Shown: positions 37,692-47,278, counted from the first letter of the stretch. The stretch is 64,000 bases of DNA from a virus (IMGVR_UViG_2778261035_000005), one strand, 5' to 3'. Notes: generated by a model from the letters alone, not told the origin. Program-made: numbers and translations.

Positions 37692-38675
37692 CTATCTTGA
37701 ATTAGGGGCTTTCTCTATAATTATTCGATTCAGAATATGATTACGATCACTGTATGGTTCGAAATGTTCTGCAATCGAGTATGAACCGACACTACGTGCG
37801 ACCACATCTTCAAAATATTCAAGGATTTTAGGTAGATACTTTTCATAATTTTGTGAACAAATCGACACTACAGGATCGAATTCTACTAATCGACGCTTTA
37901 CACGTATATGGTTATTTATTTTTTCATATTCATTCATCATAGAGTTCAAGTCTGGTACTACCCGCTCAGGGCTACACAGGTAGGTGCTGCGGTCATACTC
38001 GTCTCCGAATTTATCAAGAGGAACACCTATCTCTAGCAACGTCTTGTTTACTCGCTTTGCAAGCTCAATTATCTCTTTATCTTCTTCTGTAAGCCACATG
38101 TCGACCCACTTTTGTTTGTCTGCCCATTCAGACAGATAATCATCCTTATTGAAAGTTACAGGAGCACATCCAGAGTCACTTCTTAATGCTTTATCCTTTA
38201 TTTTAGAAATTGTTTTTTTATCTAAATGCTTCCAATAAATAGCAGGTTCGTCTAATTCATTATCATCGTGTAGGCATATCAAAACAATTACCACAGGAAA
38301 ATCACAACTTCCCCAATAGGTTATATTTTTATAAGGTATTTGTACGCTTAACCTTCTCTTCATTTTGCGTGAGGTGGTTTTTATCTGAACGCCGATAAAA
38401 AAACCTGTCGAAAGATTATTTTCATATATTTCAACCTGAGCATCCAATCCCATATCAATATCTAGCAATCGACAAGGCCATCTGAAATAACGAGAAATCC
38501 AATAGGCAAACAAGTACTCTCCAGCGTGTCCATCCGCACTGGTTTTCGGATATGTCATACCTTCAGTTTTATTCTTTTCTGCCGCTGGCTTTACAGACTT
38601 AGCTTTTGGGGGGAGGGCTGTTTTTTTAGTCGGCACTGACTTTGTTGCTTTGACTTGTTTGTTAGCCTTATCCAT
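37692..38675 (-). CDS. DUF4365-like protein (predicted PD-(D/E)xK-type fold), candidate defence gene
   Basis: GEYLFAYWISRYFRWPCRLLDIDMGLDAQVEIYENNLSTGFFIGVQIKTTS fits the DUF4365 pattern; Lys-rich N-terminus; ATG at 38675 preferred over the TTG at 38690. Confidence 0.55.
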   Translation of the reverse strand: MDKANKQVKATKSVPTKKTALPPKAKSVKPAAEKNKTEGMTYPKTSADGHAGEYLFAYWISRYFRWPCRLLDIDMGLDAQVEIYENNLSTGFFIGVQIKTTSRKMKRRLSVQIPYKNITYWGSCDFPVVIVLICLHDDNELDEPAIYWKHLDKKTISKIKDKALRSDSGCAPVTFNKDDYLSEWADKQKWVDMWLTEEDKEIIELAKRVNKTLLEIGVPLDKFGDEYDRSTYLCSPERVVPDLNSMMNEYEKINNHIRVKRRLVEFDPVVSICSQNYEKYLPKILEYFEDVVARSVGSYSIAEHFEPYSDRNHILNRIIIEKAPNSR

Positions 38676-38818
38676 TGGTTTTATTCTCAATTTGCTTTGC
38701 TCGGTGTGCCTCCTGATTCTGCACCTTAGCGCCGATACTGTCTACCGCCAATCATGACAGTAAAGCTCTATTTGTTTGATATAATCAGATACACGAAAGT
38801 AAGTTTGAGCATATCAAT

Positions 38819-39271
38819 ATGAACACCGATATTTACGAGAAAATAATGTCTGATCTCGAGTTTGACAGAGACAATCTGGAAGACGTCTGGCGTAAACAAC
38901 CTCGCCTGTTGATGGAGTATGGTTCAAAGCTCGCCCATGCAGAAAGAAGTGTCGCAGAGGCAAAACTTAACCTTGAAGCTGTTGAAGCAAAGCTATACGA
39001 CACAGAGCGTAAAAACTTGAGTATGAATGGCATTAAGTTTAACGAATCTGTACTAGACGCTAAGGTTAAAACAAACCCACAGTATCTGTCTAAACGGCAG
39101 AAGTTGGATGAAGCACGGCACATCGCAGACATATACAAACATGCTGTCGCCGCCTTTTCGCATCGCCGAGACATGATCGTTCAGGCGTCGAAGATGGCTA
39201 TCGTTGAATTAGAGCGATTAGGCTCTGAACGCTTTATTACTCCCCGTTTATTTTTGATAGATAATAAGTAA
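38819..39271 (+). CDS. Hypothetical coiled-coil protein
   Basis: 150-aa ORF; TGATATAAT extended -10-like element about 40 bp upstream. Confidence 0.5.
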   Translation: MNTDIYEKIMSDLEFDRDNLEDVWRKQPRLLMEYGSKLAHAERSVAEAKLNLEAVEAKLYDTERKNLSMNGIKFNESVLDAKVKTNPQYLSKRQKLDEARHIADIYKHAVAAFSHRRDMIVQASKMAIVELERLGSERFITPRLFLIDNK

Positions 39272-39367
39272 GTACTGATCTATCATTTAACAGCTCGAAA
39301 GAGCCACGAATGAACGAAAGCCCAACGCGCATAGCGCCATCGGCCAAATCACAACAAGGAGAAACAC

Positions 39368-40396
39368 ATGTCTAAGACATTACTTGATTTGCTTAACAAA
39401 ACTCGTGAAGACATTGCCGCCAAACGTGGCAACAACGTTGATCTGACTCGTTTAAAAGACGGCGTCAACTATATCCGCATCTTCCCGAATAAAGACGACG
39501 CAAACGGTAAGTTCTTCCAGACTTTCGGTATGCACTACGTTAAGTATCAGAACGAGGAAGGTAAAGAAGCAACCAACGCTTATATTTGTGAGCAACATAC
39601 TCACGGTCGCGCTTGTCAGCTATGCGAAATGGTGATGGAAGGTCGCGCTCGTCACAAGGGTAACAAAGCAATGGAAGAACGCATCGGTCAAATGCGTGCC
39701 ACTCCTCGCTACCTGGTCAACGGCATTCTTTCTGCTCGTGAGGATTTCGCAGATGCTGAGAAATGCCAGTTAATCGAGCTGCCGTCTACTGTATTCGATG
39801 ATATCTGCAAAGCAATCACCGAAGACATCGCTGATGATATCGGCAATCCACTGAGCAAAGAGGAAGGCTACGCATTCCTGATTAAACGTACTGGCTCTGG
39901 TCGCGATACCAAATATGACGTCTCGCCTAAGCGTAAAGTCTACAAAGGCGATATCGAAGATAAATTCTGGAACACCCAGCATGATCTGATCGCATACGCA
40001 AATCAGGCTGATGAAACTCGTCTTCTGTCGACAGTTCGCACTATGGGTCGTCTGATTGGCATCGCTGCACCAACTGCCGCAGCATCTGCACCAGCAATTT
40101 CCTCAACCGCGAAAACATCGGCTGCGGCACTACCTGGATTTGGCTCTGTCACTGGTCATACAGAAGGAGCGACGGCTGTAGCAACCGCGCACACACCGGC
40201 TTCTGAACCAACCAGTCTGGTTGATGAAGAAATCCTCCGTGCCGTTGAAACTGAATTTAAACCAGAGGCAAGTTCCGCTGCCGTTGCCGTATCAGTCAAA
40301 GAGTCTGAAGCAGTCGCAGCGACATCTGTAGCAACCGCATCTGCGACGGAAGATGAAGGTCTGGATGACCTACTGAGAGAGCTGGACTCTCTGTAA
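39368..40396 (+). CDS. Single-stranded DNA-binding protein (gp32-like)
   Basis: Zn-binding-type motif CEQHTHGRACQLC; Ala/Ser-rich linker; acidic C-terminal tail EDEGLDDLLRELDSL. Confidence 0.55.
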   Translation: MSKTLLDLLNKTREDIAAKRGNNVDLTRLKDGVNYIRIFPNKDDANGKFFQTFGMHYVKYQNEEGKEATNAYICEQHTHGRACQLCEMVMEGRARHKGNKAMEERIGQMRATPRYLVNGILSAREDFADAEKCQLIELPSTVFDDICKAITEDIADDIGNPLSKEEGYAFLIKRTGSGRDTKYDVSPKRKVYKGDIEDKFWNTQHDLIAYANQADETRLLSTVRTMGRLIGIAAPTAAASAPAISSTAKTSAAALPGFGSVTGHTEGATAVATAHTPASEPTSLVDEEILRAVETEFKPEASSAAVAVSVKESEAVAATSVATASATEDEGLDDLLRELDSL

Positions 40397-40412
40397 TCCC
40401 ATTACGTGACCA

Positions 40413-40441
40413 GTAAGGCGTCTACGGACGCCTTACTTTTT
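40413..40441 (+). terminator. Rho-independent terminator (AGGCGTCC family)
   Basis: GTAAGGCGTC-TACG-GACGCCTTAC then TTTTT; lies inside the ORF-track start of the next gene. Confidence 0.7.
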
Positions 40442-40456
40442 GGAAGGAATGTACCG

Positions 40457-41401
40457 GTGAATTATCTCTTCGTAGATGGCAATAGCCTGGGTTATTACCA
40501 CCAACAATCTGACAAATTGCACAACGGCGAAATGGAAGTACAGGCTGCTTTCGGCTTTGTTAAGAACGTCCGTCGTTATGCCTCCATCCTCCATGCCCGA
40601 CCTATGATTCTTTGGGATGGATTTAGTGACAAGCGTCGCGACTTTTACCCGGACTACAAAGCAAATCGCGACGACGATCCTGATATGAAAAAGATGAAGG
40701 AAGGCTTTGCTATCCAGAAGCCATACATCCTCAAAATGATGACCGCGCTTGGTATTAACCAAATCATTGCAAAAGATGCAGAAGCGGATGATCTGGCCGG
40801 GCTGCTGGTATCCCGCATGGCACCGCAGCCAACCGTTGAACACATCTATCTGTTAACAGGCGATAGCGACTGGCTTCAGTTAGTTCGCGAAAACGTAAGC
40901 TGGGTAAGCCTGCGTGAAGACGCCAAAAACAAGCAGGTTAATTTTGAGCAATTTGCGGAGCTGACAGGATTCGCCACGCCTCGCGCATTTTTGGAAGCAA
41001 AAGCATTACAAGGCGATAACTCGGACAACATTAGCGGTGTTGGTGGCATTGGTGCTGGCGGTGCGAAAGAGCTGCTGCATGAATGGGGAAGTGTCGCAAC
41101 GATGGTACGCGGCATCAACGACGGCTCAATCGTGGTTAATAAAGGGCGTCATAAGACCGCCTTCAACAAACTAGCGAAGAATGCCTTCAACGAGAAAACA
41201 GGCTGTCGAATGCTCGAAGCGTTCAAGAGAAACATCACGCTAATGAACCTGATTGAGACGAAGTTTCCGCCTACCGAAATCGAAACAATCAAAGGCAATC
41301 GTGACGTGAAAGCATTCGAGCAACTGTGCTACGAGCTGAATTTCCGTTCGTTCCTTGAAGACCTTGAAGTGTTTGTTCTTCCATTCGAAAGGTATTGCTA
41401 A
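40457..41401 (+). CDS. 5-prime to 3-prime exonuclease / flap endonuclease
   Basis: N-terminal YLFVDGNSLGYY and H3TH-like GDNSDNISGVGGIG; GTG start at 40457 after GGAAGG chosen because the track start would include the terminator. Confidence 0.7.
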   Translation: MNYLFVDGNSLGYYHQQSDKLHNGEMEVQAAFGFVKNVRRYASILHARPMILWDGFSDKRRDFYPDYKANRDDDPDMKKMKEGFAIQKPYILKMMTALGINQIIAKDAEADDLAGLLVSRMAPQPTVEHIYLLTGDSDWLQLVRENVSWVSLREDAKNKQVNFEQFAELTGFATPRAFLEAKALQGDNSDNISGVGGIGAGGAKELLHEWGSVATMVRGINDGSIVVNKGRHKTAFNKLAKNAFNEKTGCRMLEAFKRNITLMNLIETKFPPTEIETIKGNRDVKAFEQLCYELNFRSFLEDLEVFVLPFERYC

Positions 41402-41667
41402 TGCTTAAATCGATTATCAATGGCGCTACAACCACCCCTGCCCAACTGGCAAAAGAGATTGTCTTTTATCACGGTGAGTACGCTGTCATCGCACTGCCGT
41501 CAATTCTAGGCGCTGCCGGAATGAAAGCGACAGATCGCGAGTTTGGATTAGTCAGCGAGCAGGTCGTAAAAATCCTCGCTCGTGTATCCAGACTCCTTAA
41601 CCACGATGCGATTGTATTCGATGAATCCGCCGCTTTAAAACGAATCAACGAAACAAAAGGAGCCTGA
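41401..41667 (+). CDS. Hypothetical protein
   Basis: 89-aa ORF overlapping the preceding stop (TAATG). Confidence 0.4.
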   Translation: MLKSIINGATTTPAQLAKEIVFYHGEYAVIALPSILGAAGMKATDREFGLVSEQVVKILARVSRLLNHDAIVFDESAALKRINETKGA

Positions 41668-41669
41668 TC

Positions 41670-42743
41670 ATGGCAAAAGGAAAATCCGCACTGGCACTTG
41701 CTCTGAAAAAGAAAATCGGTAGCAACGACGAAATTCAGAAAGTAACTCATTGGATTGATACAGGCTTTCCACCGTTAAACAAAGCTATTTCTGGTCGTTA
41801 CGATGGCGGCTTCCCATGTGGTCGTATCGTCGAAGTATTCGGTCCTCCAAGTGCAGGGAAAACGTTCCTTGCAACAGCAGCGATGATCTCCGCTCAAAAA
41901 CAAGATGGTCTGGCGGTATTCCTCGATCATGAAAACAGTTTTGACGTTGGCCTGGCTGTAGCCAATGGCCTGAACGCAGATGAGGATGACGGTCAGTGGG
42001 TATACAAGCAGCCTGACACCTTCGAAGACTCTGTAGAGTTGATCGGCACAATACTTAAATTGGTACGTGATGAAGAGCTTATCCCTGAATCAGCACCTAT
42101 CTGTATCGTGGCTGACTCACTTGCGTCTATGGTTCCGAACTCCAAAGCCGAGAAGTTCGAAAAGATGGCTGAAGGCACTGCCAAAGACAAAGATCAGCTA
42201 AACATGAACGACAATACGGCACTGGCTCGTGCGACAAGTGCGAACTTCCCTACTCTGGCTTTGTGGGCACGCAAATACAACGCCTGCATCATCTTCTTGA
42301 ATCAGGTTCGCACAAAAATCGGTGTAATGTTTGGCGACCCTACTACGTCGCCAGGTGGAGATTCACCGAAGTTCTACGCTTCTGTACGTATCCGTCTTGG
42401 TGCATCGGTGATGAAGGATGGTAAAGAGAAGATCGGCCAGGACGTAGGCGCAGAATGCATCAAAAACAAAGTTGCACCACCGTATGGCAAATGCACCTGG
42501 AAATTCTACTTCGATCCTACTCGTGGCCTCGACGTTATCGAATCGCTCGTCGAGTACATGCTGGAAGAAGGATACCTGCCAAAGAACGCCAGCGGGCGAG
42601 TTGAAATTGGTGACAAGAAATACACCAAATCGCAGATCGTCGAGATGTATCGGGAGAAGCCACTGGCTGAAATCATTGCGGCTTTGCAGGCAATCGACGA
42701 CCGAAGAGCAAAAGACAACCCCACCGAGTCAGTAGAAGAGTAA
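41670..42743 (+). CDS. RecA-like recombinase (UvsX/RecA family)
   Basis: Walker A GPPSAGKT within a RecA-like core; AAAGGAG RBS. Confidence 0.8.
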   Translation: MAKGKSALALALKKKIGSNDEIQKVTHWIDTGFPPLNKAISGRYDGGFPCGRIVEVFGPPSAGKTFLATAAMISAQKQDGLAVFLDHENSFDVGLAVANGLNADEDDGQWVYKQPDTFEDSVELIGTILKLVRDEELIPESAPICIVADSLASMVPNSKAEKFEKMAEGTAKDKDQLNMNDNTALARATSANFPTLALWARKYNACIIFLNQVRTKIGVMFGDPTTSPGGDSPKFYASVRIRLGASVMKDGKEKIGQDVGAECIKNKVAPPYGKCTWKFYFDPTRGLDVIESLVEYMLEEGYLPKNASGRVEIGDKKYTKSQIVEMYREKPLAEIIAALQAIDDRRAKDNPTESVEE

Positions 42744-42748
42744 ACACA

Positions 42749-42772
42749 AGGCGTCCACAGGACGCCTTTTTT
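42749..42772 (+). terminator. Rho-independent terminator (AGGCGTCC family)
   Basis: AGGCGTCC-ACA-GGACGCCT followed by TTTTTT. Confidence 0.75.
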
Positions 42773-42835
42773 ATCTCTTGAAAATATATAAGTACTTACT
42801 TATTATTTTCGCATAACAACCACATAGGAAAACAC

Positions 42836-43036
42836 ATGATCAAAATCTATCTATTGGCAGTAGCCACAGGCCTTTCAGTGGCTCTCATCTACGGTTTACT
42901 GGTTCCGTCGCTGATTTCTACCAAGAGTGATTTAGCCGTCATGTTTGGAGTTATCGTTGGTTTTGGTGCTCCTGTAATCGGTCTTATTGCTGGTCGTAAG
43001 TTTATCAACTCATTAATCAAAGCAAAGGGGAAATAA
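42836..43036 (+). CDS. Small two-TM membrane protein
   Basis: 66 aa, two hydrophobic helices; 4 bp upstream of the SPFH gene. Confidence 0.5.
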   Translation: MIKIYLLAVATGLSVALIYGLLVPSLISTKSDLAVMFGVIVGFGAPVIGLIAGRKFINSLIKAKGK

Positions 43037-43039
43037 GTA

Positions 43040-43870
43040 ATGAAGAAAGGTTTACTTGCAGTTGCTCTGGCGGCTATTTGCACAATGGGTCTTACTGGCT
43101 GTGATCGCGTGGAGCCTGGATACGTTGGCATCAAAGTAAACAAATTAGGTGAAGACAAAGGGATCGGTGAAGTGGTTGGCGTTGGTCGCCAATGGACAGG
43201 TCTTAACACCGAACTTTACGTATTCCCGACCTTCAAACAAATGAAGACCTACGACGAGCCGTTCACATTCCAGATGAGTGACGGTACTGCTATTGGTCAC
43301 AAAATTGGCGTTGCGTATCTGGTTAATCGTGACAAGGTAACGACGGTGTTCCAGACCTATCGCAAAGGCGTAGACGATATCACCGAATCAGATCTGCGTC
43401 AGAAAATTGCCGACTCTCTAAACCGTTTGGCCAGCCGTATGACCACTGACTCATTTATCGACGGTGGTAAGGCGCAATTGCTGGACAACGCACTGAAAGA
43501 TATTCAGAAAGAGATGTCTCCGGTTGGTATTGAGGTACTGAGCCTGTCATGGGTTGGAAAGCCTGATTACCCAAAAACCGTCATTGAATCTATCAACGCC
43601 AAAGTAACGGCTAACCAGCGTACTCTGCAACGTCAGCAGGAAGTTGAACAGCGTAAAGCTGAGGCGAATATGCTACGTGAACAGGCTAATGGTGAAGCTG
43701 ATGCTATCCGTGCTCGTGCGCAAGCAGAAGCCGACGCCATTCGTCTGCGCGGTGAAGCTCTGCGTCAAAACCCGAACGTTATGGAGCTGGAAGCCATCAA
43801 TAAATGGAATGGCCAGTTACCGCAGTACATGACTCAAGGGGCTAACACTCCTTTCATTACAGTGAAATAA
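43040..43870 (+). CDS. SPFH/band-7 (stomatin/prohibitin-like) lipoprotein
   Basis: Signal peptide with lipobox LTGC; band-7-like core; Ala/Glu/Arg-rich coiled-coil tail (EADAIRARAQAEADAIRLRGEAL). Confidence 0.65.
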   Translation: MKKGLLAVALAAICTMGLTGCDRVEPGYVGIKVNKLGEDKGIGEVVGVGRQWTGLNTELYVFPTFKQMKTYDEPFTFQMSDGTAIGHKIGVAYLVNRDKVTTVFQTYRKGVDDITESDLRQKIADSLNRLASRMTTDSFIDGGKAQLLDNALKDIQKEMSPVGIEVLSLSWVGKPDYPKTVIESINAKVTANQRTLQRQQEVEQRKAEANMLREQANGEADAIRARAQAEADAIRLRGEALRQNPNVMELEAINKWNGQLPQYMTQGANTPFITVK

Positions 43871-43886
43871 CTCCCCTAAAAAGTTC

Positions 43887-43911
43887 AGGCGTCCAGTTGG
43901 ACGCCTTTTTT
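43887..43911 (+). terminator. Rho-independent terminator (AGGCGTCC family)
   Basis: AGGCGTCCA-GT-TGGACGCCT followed by TTTTTT. Confidence 0.75.
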
Positions 43912-43930
43912 ATCGCAATTATCTTATTAA

Positions 43931-43949
43931 GAAAACAATTTGTTTAAAA
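43931..43949 (+). promoter_or_regulatory. Conserved motif GAAAACAATTTGTTTAAAA
   Basis: Identical to the copy at 16118-16136; ends 12 bp before the ATG at 43962. Confidence 0.45.
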
Positions 43950-43961
43950 GGATAAGAAAAC

Positions 43962-44387
43962 ATGACAGTTATTAAGAAACTCTACGATGCCGCAAACGCG
44001 GCTCTGGATGTTATTGATGATGAAGTATCAAAAGGCTTTCCTGAACCTGATTGGGCGCATCAGCTACGAAACGCTATCGCAGAAATGACCCCATCAGATC
44101 CAACCCCCGACGAGACAGACTGGCAGCGATTCATCCGTATGTACGCTCAGGAAATAGGTCCAACGCCAACGGCAGAGCAGGCAATGCTGCTGAAATACTT
44201 CAAAGAGGCGGGAGAGGATTTACCAATTGATGACTCAGCATATTGGTTCCACTGCGCATGGCGTAAGTATGACGTGATATTCACACAAGGCATGGGAAGC
44301 AAAGATATGGTTGTGTGGCATCTACTCCATATAGACACAGCCGTTGACAGAGTTATTGAACAGTTTTTCCCTAACCAAGAAGATTGA
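43962..44387 (+). CDS. Hypothetical protein
   Basis: 141-aa ORF; no recognisable motif. Confidence 0.45.
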   Translation: MTVIKKLYDAANAALDVIDDEVSKGFPEPDWAHQLRNAIAEMTPSDPTPDETDWQRFIRMYAQEIGPTPTAEQAMLLKYFKEAGEDLPIDDSAYWFHCAWRKYDVIFTQGMGSKDMVVWHLLHIDTAVDRVIEQFFPNQED

Positions 44388-44442
44388 TCGCCTATTCATA
44401 ACTAACAAAATAAGTAAACACTAACCACAAAAGGAAAAACAC

Positions 44443-44718
44443 ATGAGAGTTTTAGTTCGAATCGTTACCAGCACTGTCTATGACGTGTTTCCGCTTTTTA
44501 TGGTCAAAGTCGATGGCCTTAACGATGAAGAAACTGACGCGCTGATCCAGCGTACTCTTGTTGAATATACAGGTCATGACGCTGATTCAGTGATGGTTGA
44601 TGATGATGGTGTTTGTTGGCATAACGGCAACTGTTGGTACGTAGAAGAGACTCAACAAATCAGTAATGAAGATGCTGAACATCTTGAGCGTATTTTAAGC
44701 ATCAGCACTTTTGAGTGA
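44443..44718 (+). CDS. Hypothetical protein
   Basis: 91-aa ORF following the conserved RBS context. Confidence 0.45.
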   Translation: MRVLVRIVTSTVYDVFPLFMVKVDGLNDEETDALIQRTLVEYTGHDADSVMVDDDGVCWHNGNCWYVEETQQISNEDAEHLERILSISTFE

Positions 44719-44757
44719 GTTTACAGTAAAGTTTATATAAGTTAGTATTTACCTATC

Positions 44758-44937
44758 ATGAAGATTTTTATTGAATACTTGTTACTCATCGTTTCAATAG
44801 CTTTTGTCATCGACTGCATTTTCACTGGTGTCATTCGTAAAGTCTTTTCCCCGGTGCACGACGTAGTCATAAACGCTTTGGCTATCGTGCTCGTATTTAA
44901 TTCAGCATTTGATGTAATCAAAGAGGTGGCAGCATGA
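44758..44937 (+). CDS. Small membrane protein (59 aa)
   Basis: Not in the ORF track; hydrophobic throughout; stop overlaps the next start (ATGA). Confidence 0.35.
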   Translation: MKIFIEYLLLIVSIAFVIDCIFTGVIRKVFSPVHDVVINALAIVLVFNSAFDVIKEVAA

Positions 44938-45269
44938 AGACCATCCCATTCGCGCTGTTGTTTCTTTCTTCGATCGTTGTGGCCGACACCACTGTTTATC
45001 AGTGTGAAATGTCTGTAGCCGACGTTAAGAATGGCGCTCTTACCGACGTCATAAAAGCACCATATGGAGCGATGGTCGTAGACAGCGGCGACCAGTTCTA
45101 TGTTGTGCGTGACGATCGAGTGTTGTCATCCCCATATCTCACAAATCGTAATGGCAAATTAACCGGCGTCGGAGAAGACCACTTCGTATACAACAAATAC
45201 AAGGGCTTCTATGGCGTTCACGCTTCTCAGCAAAGCTACCTTTTCGATGACTGCAAGGAGGTTGGGTAA
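44934..45269 (+). CDS. Secreted hypothetical protein
   Basis: N-terminal signal peptide MKTIPFALLFLSSIVVA. Confidence 0.5.
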   Translation: MKTIPFALLFLSSIVVADTTVYQCEMSVADVKNGALTDVIKAPYGAMVVDSGDQFYVVRDDRVLSSPYLTNRNGKLTGVGEDHFVYNKYKGFYGVHASQQSYLFDDCKEVG

Positions 45270-45481
45270 TGGCATTAACACTGGCAGGTCTGGAAATCGA
45301 GAAAACAAGCGGCTACTGGCGTGCTAAGGGTTTCAAGCAGCCTGGCATTCTTGAGCGTCTGGAACGTGAAGATGGGTATATCGTCCACCAGCGGCGTGAA
45401 TGGCGTATGTACGATCCAGAAACAGGAAAACTGACTACAAAAGCCGGAACACTTTGGGGTCTGTTAAAGAAAATACACTAA
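45269..45481 (+). CDS. Hypothetical small protein
   Basis: 70-aa ORF with start overlapping the preceding stop. Confidence 0.4.
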   Translation: MALTLAGLEIEKTSGYWRAKGFKQPGILERLEREDGYIVHQRREWRMYDPETGKLTTKAGTLWGLLKKIH

Positions 45482-45527
45482 ATGCAAACTGACTGCGGCA
45501 CGTTCCGCAGTCATATTTCATAGTCGT

Positions 45528-46061
45528 CACCGCTGACAGCATACACAATCAACTACCGCTGATAGCATATCGAGAGTCTATCTCACCGCTCACAGCATAC
45601 TTTACTCGATTTTTTACCGCTGACAGCATACTTAAGACATTGCATGAATAATGTGTACCGGTATGGGTATAACCAGAACAAAATTACCGCTGGCAGCATA
45701 CGAATGTCTGACATATGCCATTAATTACCGCTGATAGCATATCCAAACAAAAATTCCTCAATAAAACACCGCTGACAGCATACGTTCTATCAGGGAGTAG
45801 CAGGCAATAAATGCCTTTCACTACAAGCAATCAGCGCAATAGCAATAGAATGTTAGTGAGCGCAAACCTATATGGAATGCACTCTTCGAGGTTAGTAACC
45901 ACTGGGGAGGTATGACAGAGCATTGAGTGGTGATAGATGATTTACCGCTCACAGCATACGTTCATCTCACTATACCGCTGGTAGCATATCTTTAACCGTT
46001 CACAGCATACTTTTCAGAAAAATAGCCGCTGATAGCATACATTTCACCGCTGACAGCATAT
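45528..46061. repeat. Iteron array (12 copies of about 18 bp, consensus TTACCGCTGACAGCATAC) downstream of rep
   Basis: Copies at 45528, 45553, 45583, 45614, 45684, 45725, 45767, 45942, 45972, 45993, 46023, 46044; spacings mostly near multiples of about 10.5 bp. Confidence 0.85.
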
Positions 46062-47155
46062 CAAAGCAGTTTGAGACTATTGGAAAGGATCTCAATCATC
46101 TTGATATTTTCAGGCGTCAAATTCTGCGAAAGTTCGGTTATCTTGTTGATAATGTTCTGTTTGGCATCAATTTCCCCAGCTTTCTCATCTGGTTTTTTGG
46201 GTTCGATGTCTTCAGGTTTTGGCGGTGCGACTTTGAGTTTTGGATTGCGGCTGTGAATCTGGATATAGATCGACCGCCCACGCTTAATCTCGCTGTATTC
46301 GAGATAGCCCAAATCTTGGAGAGCTTTTAAGCCGTTACGTATAGTCTGATTCTGCGAGCTGACATTCCTGCTACTCAAATTGAGTCGCGCACGCAATCGA
46401 GCAAGCGATACCGGCGCAGGCTTGGTTGGAAGACTTTCGATGAAGGTGTACAGAGCCTGTGCTGTTTCTTTGCGTGGTAGCTTATTGATAACCTTTAACT
46501 GCAAAAGAACCTTATGGTCAAAGCGATATAGTTCGGCCAGCTTCGGTTCTGCATAGAACACCACCGTATCTTTCTGCTCGTTGTAGTCCACGCTATTGAT
46601 GAGGTGCACCATCAGAAGCGAGATCTTGTTAGAGCCGTCGACGTTCTTTTCTTCATACGTTCTCTGGAAAGACAGAGTTGTACGCATGATCTTCAAAAGA
46701 CTGTTTGTAAGCCGGTCGCGGAGTGTTTTGCGGATCTGTGACGATGGATAGCCACAAAACTTAGCAAATTTCGTGATGCTTAACTCGACACGACCGTTAG
46801 GTTCGCCGTATTCTGCCAGCGAACGCACAACGCCCACCCACGTTTTGAAATCATGATCCATGTCGAGACGAGGACCGGTTATCTTGATATCGGAATAGCC
46901 TTCAGAACGGGCTACTTCGAGCTGGACAAGCTCCTTTGAAGCATCGATCTCATTTGGCTTGTTACGTTTACTGTATTTTGTTCCCTTAAGCGTGGGGACG
47001 AACAACCCCAGTCGCATCAACGCAATTGGTTGGACTGTATTGTTGCTATTAGGGACAAGTTCCCCTGTGTACAATTCAAGGGAACCTTCTTCAAAGTTGT
47101 CGATGTTATCTTCTACTTCTTTGTTATTTTTACCTTTTTTATTTTTTGTGGACAT
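46061..47155 (-). CDS. Iteron-binding plasmid replication initiator (RepA/RepE-like)
   Basis: 364-aa basic protein flanked on both sides by its iterons; ATG at 47155 after an AAAGG RBS preferred over the track start, which would include promoter iterons. Confidence 0.7.
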   Translation of the reverse strand: MSTKNKKGKNNKEVEDNIDNFEEGSLELYTGELVPNSNNTVQPIALMRLGLFVPTLKGTKYSKRNKPNEIDASKELVQLEVARSEGYSDIKITGPRLDMDHDFKTWVGVVRSLAEYGEPNGRVELSITKFAKFCGYPSSQIRKTLRDRLTNSLLKIMRTTLSFQRTYEEKNVDGSNKISLLMVHLINSVDYNEQKDTVVFYAEPKLAELYRFDHKVLLQLKVINKLPRKETAQALYTFIESLPTKPAPVSLARLRARLNLSSRNVSSQNQTIRNGLKALQDLGYLEYSEIKRGRSIYIQIHSRNPKLKVAPPKPEDIEPKKPDEKAGEIDAKQNIINKITELSQNLTPENIKMIEILSNSLKLL

Positions 47156-47173
47156 GTGGACACCTTTGTCATT

Positions 47174-47278
47174 CAACCGCTGACAGCATACTTGATTTGC
47201 CGCTGACAGAATACCAAAAACAGTTGGCAGCATACGGTGAACCGCTGACAGACTATCAATTACCGCTGACAGCATACA
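47174..47278. repeat. Iteron array (4 full copies plus one partial) in the rep promoter region
   Basis: Same consensus as the downstream array; copies at 47174, 47197, 47239, 47261 and a partial at 47223. Confidence 0.8.

Noticed and set aside
40406-40456. Upstream start (40406) for the flap endonuclease gene
   Set aside because: That extension would translate through the strong ssb terminator hairpin at 40413-40441; a GTG at 40457 with a GGAAGG RBS gives the canonical N-terminus.
45528-47278. Regularly repeated 18-bp units that could be mistaken for a CRISPR array
   Set aside because: Units are only ~18 bp, spacers are irregular (3-150 bp) and non-unique in character, and the arrays flank a rep gene on both sides; this is an iteron replicon, not CRISPR.
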